From the IMG/VR virus record IMGVR_UViG_3300043451_000090, positions 1-30,253 of that record: 30,253 nt of DNA; one strand, 5' to 3'. The notes beneath the pieces were generated by a model. That model was not told where the DNA came from. It saw only the letters and a program-made list of their open reading frames with translations, and made no database searches. Source of the stretch: a virus. Taxonomy: Duplodnaviria; Caudoviricetes. Positions 15,557 through 25,957 of this stretch are shown piece by piece (position 1 is the stretch's first letter; every line of letters begins with the position of its first letter). Made by a program: the position numbers and the translations under genes.

Positions 15557-16076
15557 TAGTCCTTTAAATGATTTGATCCAAAAATTCGGTGCTGATGTTG
15601 TCGAAAAGGCAATGCAGAATCTCGGTGCATATCGTACCGTTAAAGGAAAGAAAAGACGAGCAGTTGCAAGTGATAACTTAAGAAAGTCATTAGGCTTTTA
15701 TTACAACTCAAAGAAAGGACTTCTTGAATTCTTCGCCAAAGGTAAAGCCAGTCAATATGCCGATGTAGTTGAGCAAGGAAGGAGATCAGGTGCAAAAAGA
15801 CCACCGATTGAAGCAATCATTCAATGGATGAAGATAAAGCCTATTCGCGTTCGTTCTTTGGATGGCAAGATAGTTAAGCAAACACCTGAAAGAATCGAAG
15901 CGGCTGCGTTCAACATTGCACGTGCTATAGGTCGGAGGGGTATTCCTCCACTTTATTATTGGCGCGATGCGGTTAACGAGTTGGTTGATGTTTACGAGCC
16001 ACAATTCGCAGAGGCTTTAGGAAAGGAAATTAAAATTGTGATTGAAGACAATTTACAAAAGAGAATAAAAGTATGA
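15549..16076 (+). CDS. Putative neck/tail component (HK97 gp10-like)
   Basis: Basic protein with ASDNLRKSL, VEQGRR, PPIEAIIQW and IARAIGRRGI. Confidence 0.6.
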   Translation: MANSPLNDLIQKFGADVVEKAMQNLGAYRTVKGKKRRAVASDNLRKSLGFYYNSKKGLLEFFAKGKASQYADVVEQGRRSGAKRPPIEAIIQWMKIKPIRVRSLDGKIVKQTPERIEAAAFNIARAIGRRGIPPLYYWRDAVNELVDVYEPQFAEALGKEIKIVIEDNLQKRIKV

Positions 16077-17896
16077 TAACGACAAAGATAACAGGACTTT
16101 CTGCTCAAGGATCAACCGAGTTTACAGGTCTTGCATATTCAAACAATGATGTAGCGGTGACAATGCTATCCGATAATGTTACTGAAGATGGTTTTAAGTA
16201 TATCTTCAACGTGGGCGATGTGGCTACAGGAAACGAATACAAGTTCTATGTGTCACCAAATGCTGCATTGAATGGTGTATTTAACTGCAAAACAATCTTT
16301 AATCAGTTGACACCTACTCCAATGGTGTATAATACAACCGATGTATTGATGCATATTAGCGCACCAATAAATATGGTTGACTTAAATACCAACGCATTTA
16401 GAGTTCAATGTTTTGAAGGTTGGAATGTTGGTGGTGTATTTACTGAAACTGATGCTGATTTAGTTCAATACGATTTAATGGTCGTATATGGTAGCGGTAA
16501 ACAGAACTTTATTGTTATGGGTACAAACGACACCAAGCCATTGGCGCTATCCCAAGCATACGACAATACACTTGGTTTTAACAATGGGTTAGTATCACAA
16601 GCAATTAACTTGCCATCTAACCTACAAAATCCAATTATAAACTGGCAAAAGATTTCACGTTCAAATGTAAGCGGTGACGAGGATAGTGCCTATAGAATCT
16701 TATCTTGGATTGCTGACGATGGAACTTACATCAATAGCAATTACCCGACATTATCTATTACCAACTTTGAAATTGATTTCTACGATGAAAGTGGAACAAG
16801 TATCGCAAGTATTGACATTCCATTCACTACAATGGGCGGTTCGTTGTATCATTTGCCAACGGGATTAAAGAACCTTGTTAATGGTGGATATATAGACCAA
16901 ACTACTGCGGATAATACGGTCTTTTGGATTATTAGCGGTGTGGGTGAAAGTGGTGATATTACCGCTAAATATGGCTACTATATTGAAAGCGATTGCAAGT
17001 ACAATCCGGTACACTTGTATTGGCTTAATCAAATGGGTGGATGGGATAGTTATTCTTTCATTAAGAAAAACGAAAGGTCTATTGAGGTTGAAAAGAAACG
17101 ATACAAGCAATATCTTGGCGACTATAACAACGCGACAACTGAAAACCCATTTAGCACCGAAGCATTCTCACGTTCACTAACCGAAAGAGAACCTATCGTT
17201 AAAACATTCCTTAACCTTAATTCAAATTGGCTTACCGAAAGTGAGTTCAAGTATATGCGTGATTTGTTCCGTTCTAAATCGGTGTGGATGGTTGACGATA
17301 ACGTAGACGGTTATTCGGTTGTTCCTGTTGTAGTTGAGGACAATAACTACCTAATGCGTAGGGAAAGAAACTCACGCAAGTACAACCAAACGTTGAGACT
17401 ACAAATTGCCAACGATAACGAAACTTTGAATATTGAAAATACACCATTCCCGATTCCTTCACCTGTAGCTTGTTCGTATTTTGACACATATGCCAAAGTA
17501 GGCGGTTCATCATCTTTGGTAGTTGGAACAAATGTAGGCAATGCGTGTAATATAGTTAGCACCGCATCAGCATCAGCGCGTTATATCACGGTTAGTGTGG
17601 CAAATACGTTAGGCGATACACCAATCGCAGGGCAATCGTACTATGTTAGTATCGAATATACAAGCAATGTACCTACACCGATTAAGAATGGATATATTGA
17701 CTTAGGTAATACGGTGACAGGTGGCGGAACGCGCACATCGTTTGATATGCAAAGTTTTGGAACTCCGATAATCGCTACTGGCATTTGGGGAACAGGAACA
17801 AACCCGAACACGTTTTACATCAAACTACCTGCGTGGAGTTCGGGAACGTGGACAGGTAATATTTATGTAACGGTTGGTTTTGGTAATTGTCCCTAA
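16073..17896 (+). CDS. Tail structural protein
   Basis: 607 aa with WLNQMGGWDSYSF and LNSNWLTESE...LFRSKSVW motifs. Confidence 0.65.
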   Translation: MITTKITGLSAQGSTEFTGLAYSNNDVAVTMLSDNVTEDGFKYIFNVGDVATGNEYKFYVSPNAALNGVFNCKTIFNQLTPTPMVYNTTDVLMHISAPINMVDLNTNAFRVQCFEGWNVGGVFTETDADLVQYDLMVVYGSGKQNFIVMGTNDTKPLALSQAYDNTLGFNNGLVSQAINLPSNLQNPIINWQKISRSNVSGDEDSAYRILSWIADDGTYINSNYPTLSITNFEIDFYDESGTSIASIDIPFTTMGGSLYHLPTGLKNLVNGGYIDQTTADNTVFWIISGVGESGDITAKYGYYIESDCKYNPVHLYWLNQMGGWDSYSFIKKNERSIEVEKKRYKQYLGDYNNATTENPFSTEAFSRSLTEREPIVKTFLNLNSNWLTESEFKYMRDLFRSKSVWMVDDNVDGYSVVPVVVEDNNYLMRRERNSRKYNQTLRLQIANDNETLNIENTPFPIPSPVACSYFDTYAKVGGSSSLVVGTNVGNACNIVSTASASARYITVSVANTLGDTPIAGQSYYVSIEYTSNVPTPIKNGYIDLGNTVTGGGTRTSFDMQSFGTPIIATGIWGTGTNPNTFYIKLPAWSSGTWTGNIYVTVGFGNCP

Positions 17897-17905
17897 TAAC
17901 AACAA

Positions 17906-20887
17906 ATGGAAACAGCACTTATAATATATTCACAAGGCGACAATGTACCTACGTTGGTTGACCTTTACGAGAATGAGACGATTGCACTACAATTCAACTT
18001 TAGTGATATCAAGGACTTGAAACCGCGCGGATCGTACTCGAGAACCTTTCGCATTCCTGCAACGCAAACCAATGGTAAAATATTTGGATTCATTCAGGAG
18101 AATACGTATCAATTTGCATCGTTTAATCCAAAGCGAAAACTAAACGCAATAATCACGGTTGACACTATACCTATCCTTGAAGGTAACTGCCAATTCAAGG
18201 CTTGTTATACTTCCAATGGTGAGGTGAGTGAATATGAGATTGTGTTTTTTGGTAATGTAATTGATTTCTTTAAGAACATTGGTGACAACGATTTTAAAGG
18301 TTATATTTCATCACAACTCCAAACCGATTATAATATCATTGTTAAATATGACAACATTGCAACCTTCAACGCAGAAACGGATATTTACTTAAGTTTAACT
18401 GATAGAGGTCAAAATTGGGTTAACAATGTTGAAGGTGGAAGGTCAATAAATACATTGAATGTAAATAGAGTCGCAAAGGCTGCAGAACTTACACCATTTG
18501 TATCGGCAAGATATATCTTCGATAAGATTATTGAGTTAAGTGGATTTGAACTTGGAGACAACTCGGCTACACTAACTGATGAACTTGACTTTATGTATGT
18601 TCCTTGGATAAGTGAGTCAGCACAAATACAACAAGTTGGAGGTAATCCCGAAACTGCAAAGTTTTTATTAAATGGGTATACTGGTAGTCAAAGTATTACA
18701 AGTGCTGATTTTGCCGATGAACTTTTTTATAATTCTATCACTTACAAGGTAGCGCATTTACCTTCATTGAACCAATCACAAGACCCAGGAAACAACGTTA
18801 CAGGAAATGTTTATACCGTACCTTTCAATGGCTACTTCCAAATAATGGGTTCTATTGAATTAGAAGTTATACCCGATTCGGTTGGTGACTTTTATGCCAA
18901 TGGTTTAACACTTGGTTTTGTACGAACCTTACCATCGGGAGATAAAGAATTGTTGTTAAATATGGGATTTGTATTGTGTTACACTTATGGCTCAAGTGCG
19001 AATCTTGTTCCATTGGTAAATACACCAATTTCAGCAAATACAGGAACTGCAACTCAATTCTTAAATGAAGGTGATACTATTGAGGTTGTATTATGGGGTG
19101 ACAATGGTATCGTTACATCACTTAATGATTTTCAAGGTGACTTCCAAATTAACGAAATTGTGTTTCAATGTCAAGAAGTTTCAAAGCCTTTGTACGGAAA
19201 CGTAATTGATTGGTCAGCGAATGCGCCAATTATGAAGTGTAGTGAGTTTATGGATTCGCTTTTCAAGATGTATAACTTGGTTGTAATTCCTAACAAAATC
19301 AATCAAAAACAAATTGATTTCATTCCATTCACCGAGTACATCAGTCAAGGAGTTAGTAAGGATTGGACACCATTGTTAGATATTAGCAAAGACATCACAC
19401 TAACTGCTACAACTGACTATCAAGCGAGAAAGAACACGTGGACTTATAAGGCAAGTAGCGACCTATTCAACAACCTTTACAATACGCAAGGAAATCGCGT
19501 ATATGGTAGGCTTGAATTGGTTGATCCACAAAACGACTTTGCTACTGAAGAACAAAAGATTGAAGTTCATTTTGGGTCTACTCCTATCGTTCCTGTAGAT
19601 GGAACTACTTATGCCATCCCTAAATTCGTGAATGACCAGTATAGTTACACCGCACCAAACCCACGTATCTTGTATAAGACAGGAGAAACGATGAAGTTTA
19701 ACGTGTACAATGACACAACAAGTGGTATAAACCAAGTTACTGCTTATATGTTCAGTCATTACTCGGATTTTGTACCTACTATAACTTCGCGAGATTTAAA
19801 CTTTGGTCAAGAAACTCCATTATGTCTTGTTAGTTCAATACCATATAAGACATTATACGCACGTTATTGGAACGAATACATTGAAAATATTTATGCACCT
19901 GATGCGAGAATATTAGAGGCTTTCTTTTCGCTTGAATTTGCTGATATTTATAACTTCAACTTTAACGACAAGATATTCATTAAGGACTCTTATTGGCGAA
20001 TCCTGTCAATTAGTGACTATGTAGTTGGCACACAAGACACGGTTAAGGTTACTTTGATTAAACAAGTGACTGCAGCACCCGATTGTCTTTTAACACCATC
20101 TTCAATAACAGCACTTGGCGCGGTTGCATTTGTAGATGCTAATGGAAATCCTGCAGATGCTACACAAGTTTGTTGTGAGGTCTATAACTATAACTGGATT
20201 GATGGAGGTTGTTATGCATTCTCTCGCGATTCCGATGGAACAGGTAAGCCAAAAAGCGCACAATTAAGTACCGAAAGAATTTTGAGTTACGATTCAAATG
20301 AGAAAAGCGCACTTGTTGTATCCGATAATAACTTTGTTGGTGTAGGTAATACCAATTCAATTATAATAGGTAGCAATAACCGCGTTAACGATGGATTCAA
20401 TTCGGTCTTTGTTATGGGTTCAAATGCTAATGTTATTAACGGAGGTGTAACCATTGGAAGCAATGGAGTTTATCAGGGTGAAATGCAAAACGGTCTTATT
20501 CCTGTTTGGGGCAAAGGTGATTTCACCAACGATACTACCTCAATAACTTTGTTAGGTTATGGTACAAATTATATCAATATGCCAGACGATTCGGTTTGGT
20601 TGGTTAAATTGCGTTTAATGGTAGGTCAAGTAGGTGCGTTAATTGATGCATCAGTAAGCGGTGAATACAACTTACATATTGCTCAAAGTGGTGGTACTAT
20701 AAGCCTAAAGAATGTGACCACAATAGACGAAACACCTATTGACATAGATGGCAACTTTGTCATTGACTTGGATGTGGTCGGCAGTACCTTTGCAATACTT
20801 GTAACATTGGACAACGCAACGTCTTATCCGTACAATTCAATCAATATAAGCGGTCAATTAACATACACACAATACCATTATGAATAA
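17906..20887 (+). CDS. Large tail tip/hub-like protein
   Basis: 993 aa. N-terminal DLYENETI...SYSRTFRIPATQTN pattern and a beta-rich C-terminus. Confidence 0.7.
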   Translation: METALIIYSQGDNVPTLVDLYENETIALQFNFSDIKDLKPRGSYSRTFRIPATQTNGKIFGFIQENTYQFASFNPKRKLNAIITVDTIPILEGNCQFKACYTSNGEVSEYEIVFFGNVIDFFKNIGDNDFKGYISSQLQTDYNIIVKYDNIATFNAETDIYLSLTDRGQNWVNNVEGGRSINTLNVNRVAKAAELTPFVSARYIFDKIIELSGFELGDNSATLTDELDFMYVPWISESAQIQQVGGNPETAKFLLNGYTGSQSITSADFADELFYNSITYKVAHLPSLNQSQDPGNNVTGNVYTVPFNGYFQIMGSIELEVIPDSVGDFYANGLTLGFVRTLPSGDKELLLNMGFVLCYTYGSSANLVPLVNTPISANTGTATQFLNEGDTIEVVLWGDNGIVTSLNDFQGDFQINEIVFQCQEVSKPLYGNVIDWSANAPIMKCSEFMDSLFKMYNLVVIPNKINQKQIDFIPFTEYISQGVSKDWTPLLDISKDITLTATTDYQARKNTWTYKASSDLFNNLYNTQGNRVYGRLELVDPQNDFATEEQKIEVHFGSTPIVPVDGTTYAIPKFVNDQYSYTAPNPRILYKTGETMKFNVYNDTTSGINQVTAYMFSHYSDFVPTITSRDLNFGQETPLCLVSSIPYKTLYARYWNEYIENIYAPDARILEAFFSLEFADIYNFNFNDKIFIKDSYWRILSISDYVVGTQDTVKVTLIKQVTAAPDCLLTPSSITALGAVAFVDANGNPADATQVCCEVYNYNWIDGGCYAFSRDSDGTGKPKSAQLSTERILSYDSNEKSALVVSDNNFVGVGNTNSIIIGSNNRVNDGFNSVFVMGSNANVINGGVTIGSNGVYQGEMQNGLIPVWGKGDFTNDTTSITLLGYGTNYINMPDDSVWLVKLRLMVGQVGALIDASVSGEYNLHIAQSGGTISLKNVTTIDETPIDIDGNFVIDLDVVGSTFAILVTLDNATSYPYNSINISGQLTYTQYHYE

Positions 20888-21056
20888 CCCACACGATACA
20901 TTCAAAAACATCAAGGAAATGTTGAAACACGGAATAGGTAAAGACCTACCGAGCAAAGAAAATAAGTTGTCAAATTTTACAACTAACCTCATAAATTTCA
21001 TCGTTTCTGCGTCTTTAATTATAGGCATTATTTACCTCATTAAAATGTTATTCTAA
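20880..21056 (+). CDS. Small protein with C-terminal TM (58 aa)
   Basis: MNNPHDTFKNIKEML...FIVSASLIIGIIYLIKMLF. Its TAA overlaps the next ATG. Confidence 0.6.
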   Translation: MNNPHDTFKNIKEMLKHGIGKDLPSKENKLSNFTTNLINFIVSASLIIGIIYLIKMLF

Positions 21057-22621
21057 TGGCTACACAAAAGACAGTTGTTGAAATAGATATACAAGGAACT
21101 GAACGCGTTGAATCAATGCGCACTCAAATGCGTAGGTTACGCGAAGAGTTGGCGCGATTGCCAGAGGGTACTGCTGAATTTCAAAAAGTTCAAAGAGAGT
21201 TAGGTGCATTAAATGACAAAATGGGCGACTTGGGTAAGTCGGTCAATACGTTGGCAGGTGATCCGTTAGAACGATTGAACAACTCCTTCGGAATGATTGG
21301 TAGTTCTATACTATCTCTTGACTTTGGTGCGGCTCAAACAGGCTTACAAGGAGTAACATCAGCCATTAAAGATTTCAAGTTTGGCGACCTTTCAAACGCG
21401 GCAAAAGGCTTTGGTAAAACAATGCTCGATTTAGGTAAGGCTTTACTTACAAATCCTATCTTTTTAATTGGTGGAATCATCGCGTTAATAGTTGCCAACT
21501 TTGAAGAACTCACAAAGGCAGGTGGATTAGTTGGAAAAATGTTTGGGTTTTTAAAATCAACCATTGATTCAGTTACGCAGGGTCTTGTTGATTTTTTAGA
21601 TTGGATAGGTCTTACCGATTCCAAAGCCGAAGAGAGAGCCGAGAATGAAAAGAAAAGAGCCGAAGAAGCGAAGAAGTTGGAGGATGAAAAGGTAAAGAAA
21701 CAAAAGGAAGCCGAAGAGCAAAAAGAAAAGTTAGCAAAAGAAGCCGCAAAGAAAGAAGCGGAACGATTACAGAAGGTTAGAGATGACCAAAAGGCATTAA
21801 CGGAATACATAAAGGCAGAGCAGGAAAAGAGATACCAAGACACTTTAGCGAATGATGATAAGTTAGTTAGGCAGGCACAACTCCAGTACGAAGAAAAAAA
21901 GAAATTAGCGCACGGAAATTTAGAACTACTTAAGAAATTAGAAGAAGAATATCAAAAGCAAGTTGCTGAAATTCGTGATAAGGAAACTTTACAAATTAAA
22001 GGTCGTGATGCTACACGCGTAACATCTGCAACCATTACAAGTGGAATTGTACTTAAAACCAACCAAGCCGAAGTAGATGCCGCGTTAGCAAATCAAAAGA
22101 AGCAACAGGAAGGTGATGCGGCTTTATATGCTGCACGTTATCAAATAGCACAACAAACCATAGGCGGTTTAATGGACTTGAATACCGCGTTAGTTGATAG
22201 TGGTATAGTTGATGCAAAGAAAGGATTTCAAATTGCCAAAACTTTAGGTATTGCACAAGCCACAATAGGAACTATTGAAGCAACTCAAAACGCATTTACA
22301 ACCGCTTCGGCAAGTCCTATAACAACTGTATTTCCTGCGTACCCATTTGTTCAGGCAGGTATTGCGGCTGCTGCTGGTATCGCACGAATCGCATCCATTC
22401 GCGCACAACAATTCAACGGAGGTGGTAATGTTCCCAAGCCAACCGCAAACGGTGGTGGGGGTGGTGGCGGTGCTACTCCTGCACCTGCGGTGGATTTATC
22501 TTTCCTTAATCAAGGTAGTAATAAAGCACAACCGATTCAAACCTACGTTTTAGCGACTAACGTAAGTAGCGCACAAGAAGCGGAACAAAAAATCAAAGAC
22601 CAATCAAAAATCATAAAGTAA
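21056..22621 (+). CDS. Tape measure-like protein
   Basis: Helical/coiled-coil protein with LLTNPIFLIGGIIALIV, an E/K-rich region and an Ala-rich C-terminus. Confidence 0.72.
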   Translation: MATQKTVVEIDIQGTERVESMRTQMRRLREELARLPEGTAEFQKVQRELGALNDKMGDLGKSVNTLAGDPLERLNNSFGMIGSSILSLDFGAAQTGLQGVTSAIKDFKFGDLSNAAKGFGKTMLDLGKALLTNPIFLIGGIIALIVANFEELTKAGGLVGKMFGFLKSTIDSVTQGLVDFLDWIGLTDSKAEERAENEKKRAEEAKKLEDEKVKKQKEAEEQKEKLAKEAAKKEAERLQKVRDDQKALTEYIKAEQEKRYQDTLANDDKLVRQAQLQYEEKKKLAHGNLELLKKLEEEYQKQVAEIRDKETLQIKGRDATRVTSATITSGIVLKTNQAEVDAALANQKKQQEGDAALYAARYQIAQQTIGGLMDLNTALVDSGIVDAKKGFQIAKTLGIAQATIGTIEATQNAFTTASASPITTVFPAYPFVQAGIAAAAGIARIASIRAQQFNGGGNVPKPTANGGGGGGGATPAPAVDLSFLNQGSNKAQPIQTYVLATNVSSAQEAEQKIKDQSKIIK

Positions 22622-22623
22622 AA

Positions 22624-23211
22624 ATGGAAGAAGTAAAAGTAATCGAATACACTATTGACGATAGTGGTTATCTTGGAGTTAACGCAATCTCACTTGTTGA
22701 GAATCCTGCAATCGAAGTTGACTTTGTTGCGTTGTCAAAAACATCAATAAAACAAGCGGCAATCGAAGAAGGTGAACGTAAAATGTTATATGGTGCGGTG
22801 ATGATTCCCGACCAACTAATATACCGCGTTAATGGTGCAGGTGAGGCTTATTATTGCAAATACTCAAAGGACACTATTAACAAGATTGCACAAGAATATT
22901 TAAAGCGAAATATGCACCACAATTCTAACTTGGAACATCAAGTACCTGTTGCAGGTTGTGTGGTTGTTGAATCGTGGATCAAAGAAGGCGAACACGATAA
23001 GAGCCAAAACTTTGGTTTCTCCTTTCCGGATGGAACGTGGTGTATTGGAATGAAGGTAGATAACGATGAAGTTTGGAGTGATATAAAACAAGGAAGTGTT
23101 AAAGGGTTTTCTTTGGAAGGTTTCTTTACCGAAATGAGTGAGGAGTATTTAGCAGAACAGGAAATCGAAAAGATAATGAAGGCATTAGCCGATGAATTAA
23201 GCGCGTTGTAA
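22624..23211 (+). CDS. Prohead serine protease (XkdF-like)
   Basis: AISLVENPAIE, NLEH, VVESW, PDGTW and KGFSLEG. Confidence 0.82.
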   Translation: MEEVKVIEYTIDDSGYLGVNAISLVENPAIEVDFVALSKTSIKQAAIEEGERKMLYGAVMIPDQLIYRVNGAGEAYYCKYSKDTINKIAQEYLKRNMHHNSNLEHQVPVAGCVVVESWIKEGEHDKSQNFGFSFPDGTWCIGMKVDNDEVWSDIKQGSVKGFSLEGFFTEMSEEYLAEQEIEKIMKALADELSAL

Positions 23212-23252
23212 TAGATTACACCCCGTGCAGGTGTATGTTTACCCGACAAACA

Positions 23253-23281
23253 AAGAACCCCCTACGTTTAGGGGGTTTCTT
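23253..23281. terminator. Intrinsic terminator-like hairpin
   Basis: AAGAACCCCCTA-CGTT-TAGGGGGTTTCTT. Confidence 0.75.
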
Positions 23282-23394
23282 CGTTGAACTTAAAAACAAT
23301 TAGAAAAATGAACAAACATTACCCGAATGGGCTGCACAAAAGTAAAAACAAATTTGAGTTTATGCGTCTATTATACAAAGTAATTATCCACAAT

Positions 23395-23994
23395 ATGAGT
23401 AAAGTTAACGAAATCGTTTCCAAGTATGCTGAAAAACTAAAGTCCTTTGGAGTTAGTTTGTCGGCTGTGGAAGAAGCGGTAGAGCAAAAACAAATGGCAA
23501 TGGCTGTACTCGCTGATGGTACTGAAGTCTACTCACCCGATGCTGAATTTGGCACAGGTTCTGAACTATTTGTAATGGATGACAACGGAAATCCTGTTGC
23601 TATTGCAGATGGTGAATATGAAACCGCCGAAGGAAAAATCTTGGTTGTAGTAGAAGGCAAAATCAGCGAAGTAAAAGATAAGCCAATGGAAGAAGAGCCT
23701 AGCGTAGAAGTAGAAATTCAAAAGGAAGAGCAATCTTCATTTGATGGAGTTTCACGCGAAGAGTTCGAAAACACTATCAGCAAATTGATTGAAGGCTTTG
23801 AGGCTAAAATCAACGAGTTGACTGCTGAAAAGCAAAACCTATCTGCAACGATTGAGAAATTGTCTAAAGCACCTGCTACCGAGTCGGTGAAAAAGGCTAA
23901 TCCAGTTGCACAAAAACAAAGCGCAAACGAAGTTCCATTCAGAGCAATGGATTCACGTTCACGCGCATATCAAATCATAAATTCTAAAAAATAA
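23395..23994 (+). CDS. Capsid scaffolding-like protein
   Basis: ATG at 23395. Acidic, with ADGEYET..G.ILVV.EGKI and a coiled coil, located between the protease and capsid genes. Confidence 0.7.
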   Translation: MSKVNEIVSKYAEKLKSFGVSLSAVEEAVEQKQMAMAVLADGTEVYSPDAEFGTGSELFVMDDNGNPVAIADGEYETAEGKILVVVEGKISEVKDKPMEEEPSVEVEIQKEEQSSFDGVSREEFENTISKLIEGFEAKINELTAEKQNLSATIEKLSKAPATESVKKANPVAQKQSANEVPFRAMDSRSRAYQIINSKK

Positions 23995-23999
23995 AAAAA

Positions 24000-24908
24000 A
24001 TGGCTATTACTATTACAAGTACATACGCAGGTGAATTAGCATTACCATACATTCACGCTGCTTTATTGAGTGGAGACACTTTGGCGAAAGGATACGTAAC
24101 ACTTAAAGAAGGTGTAAAGTACAAAGCGGTTCTTAAGAAATTATCAAGTGGTAATTTAGTACAACCTTTTACTTGCGATTTCGCTGATCCAACTGATTTG
24201 ACTTTGAACGAAGCGGTTTTGACTGTTGAAGATTTGAAAGTAAATCTTGAAGTTTGTAAATCAGAGTTCGCAAAAGATTGGGAAGCTGCTTCTACAGGTC
24301 GTGGATTTGCTAATGACGTAGTTCCTGCTAACTTCCAAGATTTCTTAATCGGTTATGCTGCTGCTCAAGTTGCTCAAAATATCGAGTTTACAATCTGGCA
24401 AGGTGACACTGCAGGTACTTATTCATCTTTCGATGGTTTCGAAAAGATTTTGAAAGGTGCGTTGAGTGGTTCTGCTGACCAAACTTGGGGCGCTACAATG
24501 ACTGCTTCAACTATCATCGCAGATTTGACTGCTTTGGTTGCTGCTTTGCCTGCTGCATTGATTGGTTCACCATCAGTTAAAATCTATATGAACCGTTACA
24601 CTGCACAACTTTACAAGCAGGCAATCGCTGCTTTGGGTTATGCATTTGAATACAACGCGTTCAAAGAGTTCAATATGCAATTCGATGGATATGATATCTA
24701 TGTATGTCCAGGAATGACAAACGGAACTGTAGTTATTGCAGAGCCTACTAACTTGTTCGTAGGTGTTGATGCTAACTCTGATTTCGCTGAAGTTAAGGTA
24801 GTTGATATGTCTTTAACTGATGCATCTGACTTGGTACGTATGGCTATGAAATTCCGCGTAGGAGTTCAAGTTGGCTTCGCTTCTGATTGCGTAATCGGAC
24901 ACAACTAA
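24000..24908 (+). CDS. Major capsid protein
   Basis: 302 aa, ITSTYAGE...IWQGD...FDGF, with strong codon bias, following protease and scaffold. Confidence 0.82.
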   Translation: MAITITSTYAGELALPYIHAALLSGDTLAKGYVTLKEGVKYKAVLKKLSSGNLVQPFTCDFADPTDLTLNEAVLTVEDLKVNLEVCKSEFAKDWEAASTGRGFANDVVPANFQDFLIGYAAAQVAQNIEFTIWQGDTAGTYSSFDGFEKILKGALSGSADQTWGATMTASTIIADLTALVAALPAALIGSPSVKIYMNRYTAQLYKQAIAALGYAFEYNAFKEFNMQFDGYDIYVCPGMTNGTVVIAEPTNLFVGVDANSDFAEVKVVDMSLTDASDLVRMAMKFRVGVQVGFASDCVIGHN

Positions 24909-24922
24909 AATAAACACAAGTA

Positions 24923-24953
24923 AAAAGGTGGGGGAATAAGTCCCCTGCCTTTT
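24923..24953 (+). terminator. Intrinsic terminator after the capsid gene
   Basis: AAAAGGTGGGGGA ... TCCCCTGCCTTTT. Confidence 0.7.
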
Positions 24954-24985
24954 ATTGTAAATAATAACAACTAAAAAAAATTACT

Positions 24986-25531
24986 ATGGCTTGTGAATTA
25001 ACCGCAGGATTTGCACTTGATTGCAAAGAAGGTGTAGGTGGTATTAAGGCTATTTTCTTGCAGCAATTAGTTGACTTTCAAAGTGGAGTTACTGTAGATG
25101 CTACAAGTGAAGAGATTGACGGCTTACCAACGGCTTCCGTTTACCAATACACACTTCCAAAACACACAGGAAGTTTTACAGAAGAGGTACAAAGTTCTGT
25201 TGAAAACGGAACTATTTTCTACACTCAAACCGTTACTGCAACTTTCTTTAAGTTGACTGCTGCACGTAGAAAGCAACTTGAATTAGTTGCAAAAAATCGT
25301 CTTGTTGTATTTGTACAAGATAACAACGATAACATCTGGATGATTGGTAAGGTTGATGGCGCAGAAGTAACTGCTGCATCTACCGCTACAGGAACTGCAA
25401 AAGGTGATTTAAATGGTTATACCATTACATTTACTGCAGAAGAAGCCCACAAGGCTTACCGCTTGGAGTCATTTAGTACAACTCCATTTGATAACTTTGC
25501 TTCTATAACTGTAGTCGCACCAACTATTTAA
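24986..25531 (+). CDS. Putative major tail (tube) protein
   Basis: MACELTAG..LDCKEGVGGIK, ENGTIFYTQ and GDLNGYTITF. Confidence 0.65.
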   Translation: MACELTAGFALDCKEGVGGIKAIFLQQLVDFQSGVTVDATSEEIDGLPTASVYQYTLPKHTGSFTEEVQSSVENGTIFYTQTVTATFFKLTAARRKQLELVAKNRLVVFVQDNNDNIWMIGKVDGAEVTAASTATGTAKGDLNGYTITFTAEEAHKAYRLESFSTTPFDNFASITVVAPTI

Positions 25532-25549
25532 CTTATATTTGTTTAAGGG

Positions 25550-25957
25550 ATGAATTACCTTCAAACGAATACCGCATCGCAGACCCTTCTCCTTTCTTTA
25601 AAGGAGGGGGTTTTGCTTTTTGATACAACGTATACGGATTACTTACTTGTAATTCAAAACGAAATTACTTTAGAGACATTTTATGTTATACCTGCTCAAA
25701 TCAGCGAGAACGATAGGGTCACGACTTTGGCAATTAGTACAAATGACGATGATCCAACTAATGGTTCTATCTATGTTACTAATGGTGGGCGTTATAACTT
25801 CATTATATACGGTCAAAACTCAACTACAAATCTTGACCCTACAAACGCGGTTGTGGTTGGTGAGATTAAAAGAGGATTTATTCAAATGGAAACATTGATA
25901 AATTACTACGACCAACCAAACATAATTATTCCAAGCGACATCGAATACAATGGATAA
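25550..25957 (+). CDS. Structural hypothetical protein
   Basis: 135 aa, between the tail tube and portal genes. Confidence 0.6.
   Translation: MNYLQTNTASQTLLLSLKEGVLLFDTTYTDYLLVIQNEITLETFYVIPAQISENDRVTTLAISTNDDDPTNGSIYVTNGGRYNFIIYGQNSTTNLDPTNAVVVGEIKRGFIQMETLINYYDQPNIIIPSDIEYNG

Noticed and set aside
14244-20887. Diversity-generating retroelement targeting tail genes
   Set aside because: No reverse transcriptase and no template/variable repeat pair were seen.
21334-21843. Antisense ORF, and the other opposite-strand ORFs within long genes
   Set aside because: These are shadows of E/K-rich or codon-biased sense genes, with no motifs or operon context.
23284-23394. TTG-start extension of the scaffold ORF
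   Set aside because: It overlaps probable regulatory sequence after a terminator. ATG 23395 is preferred.
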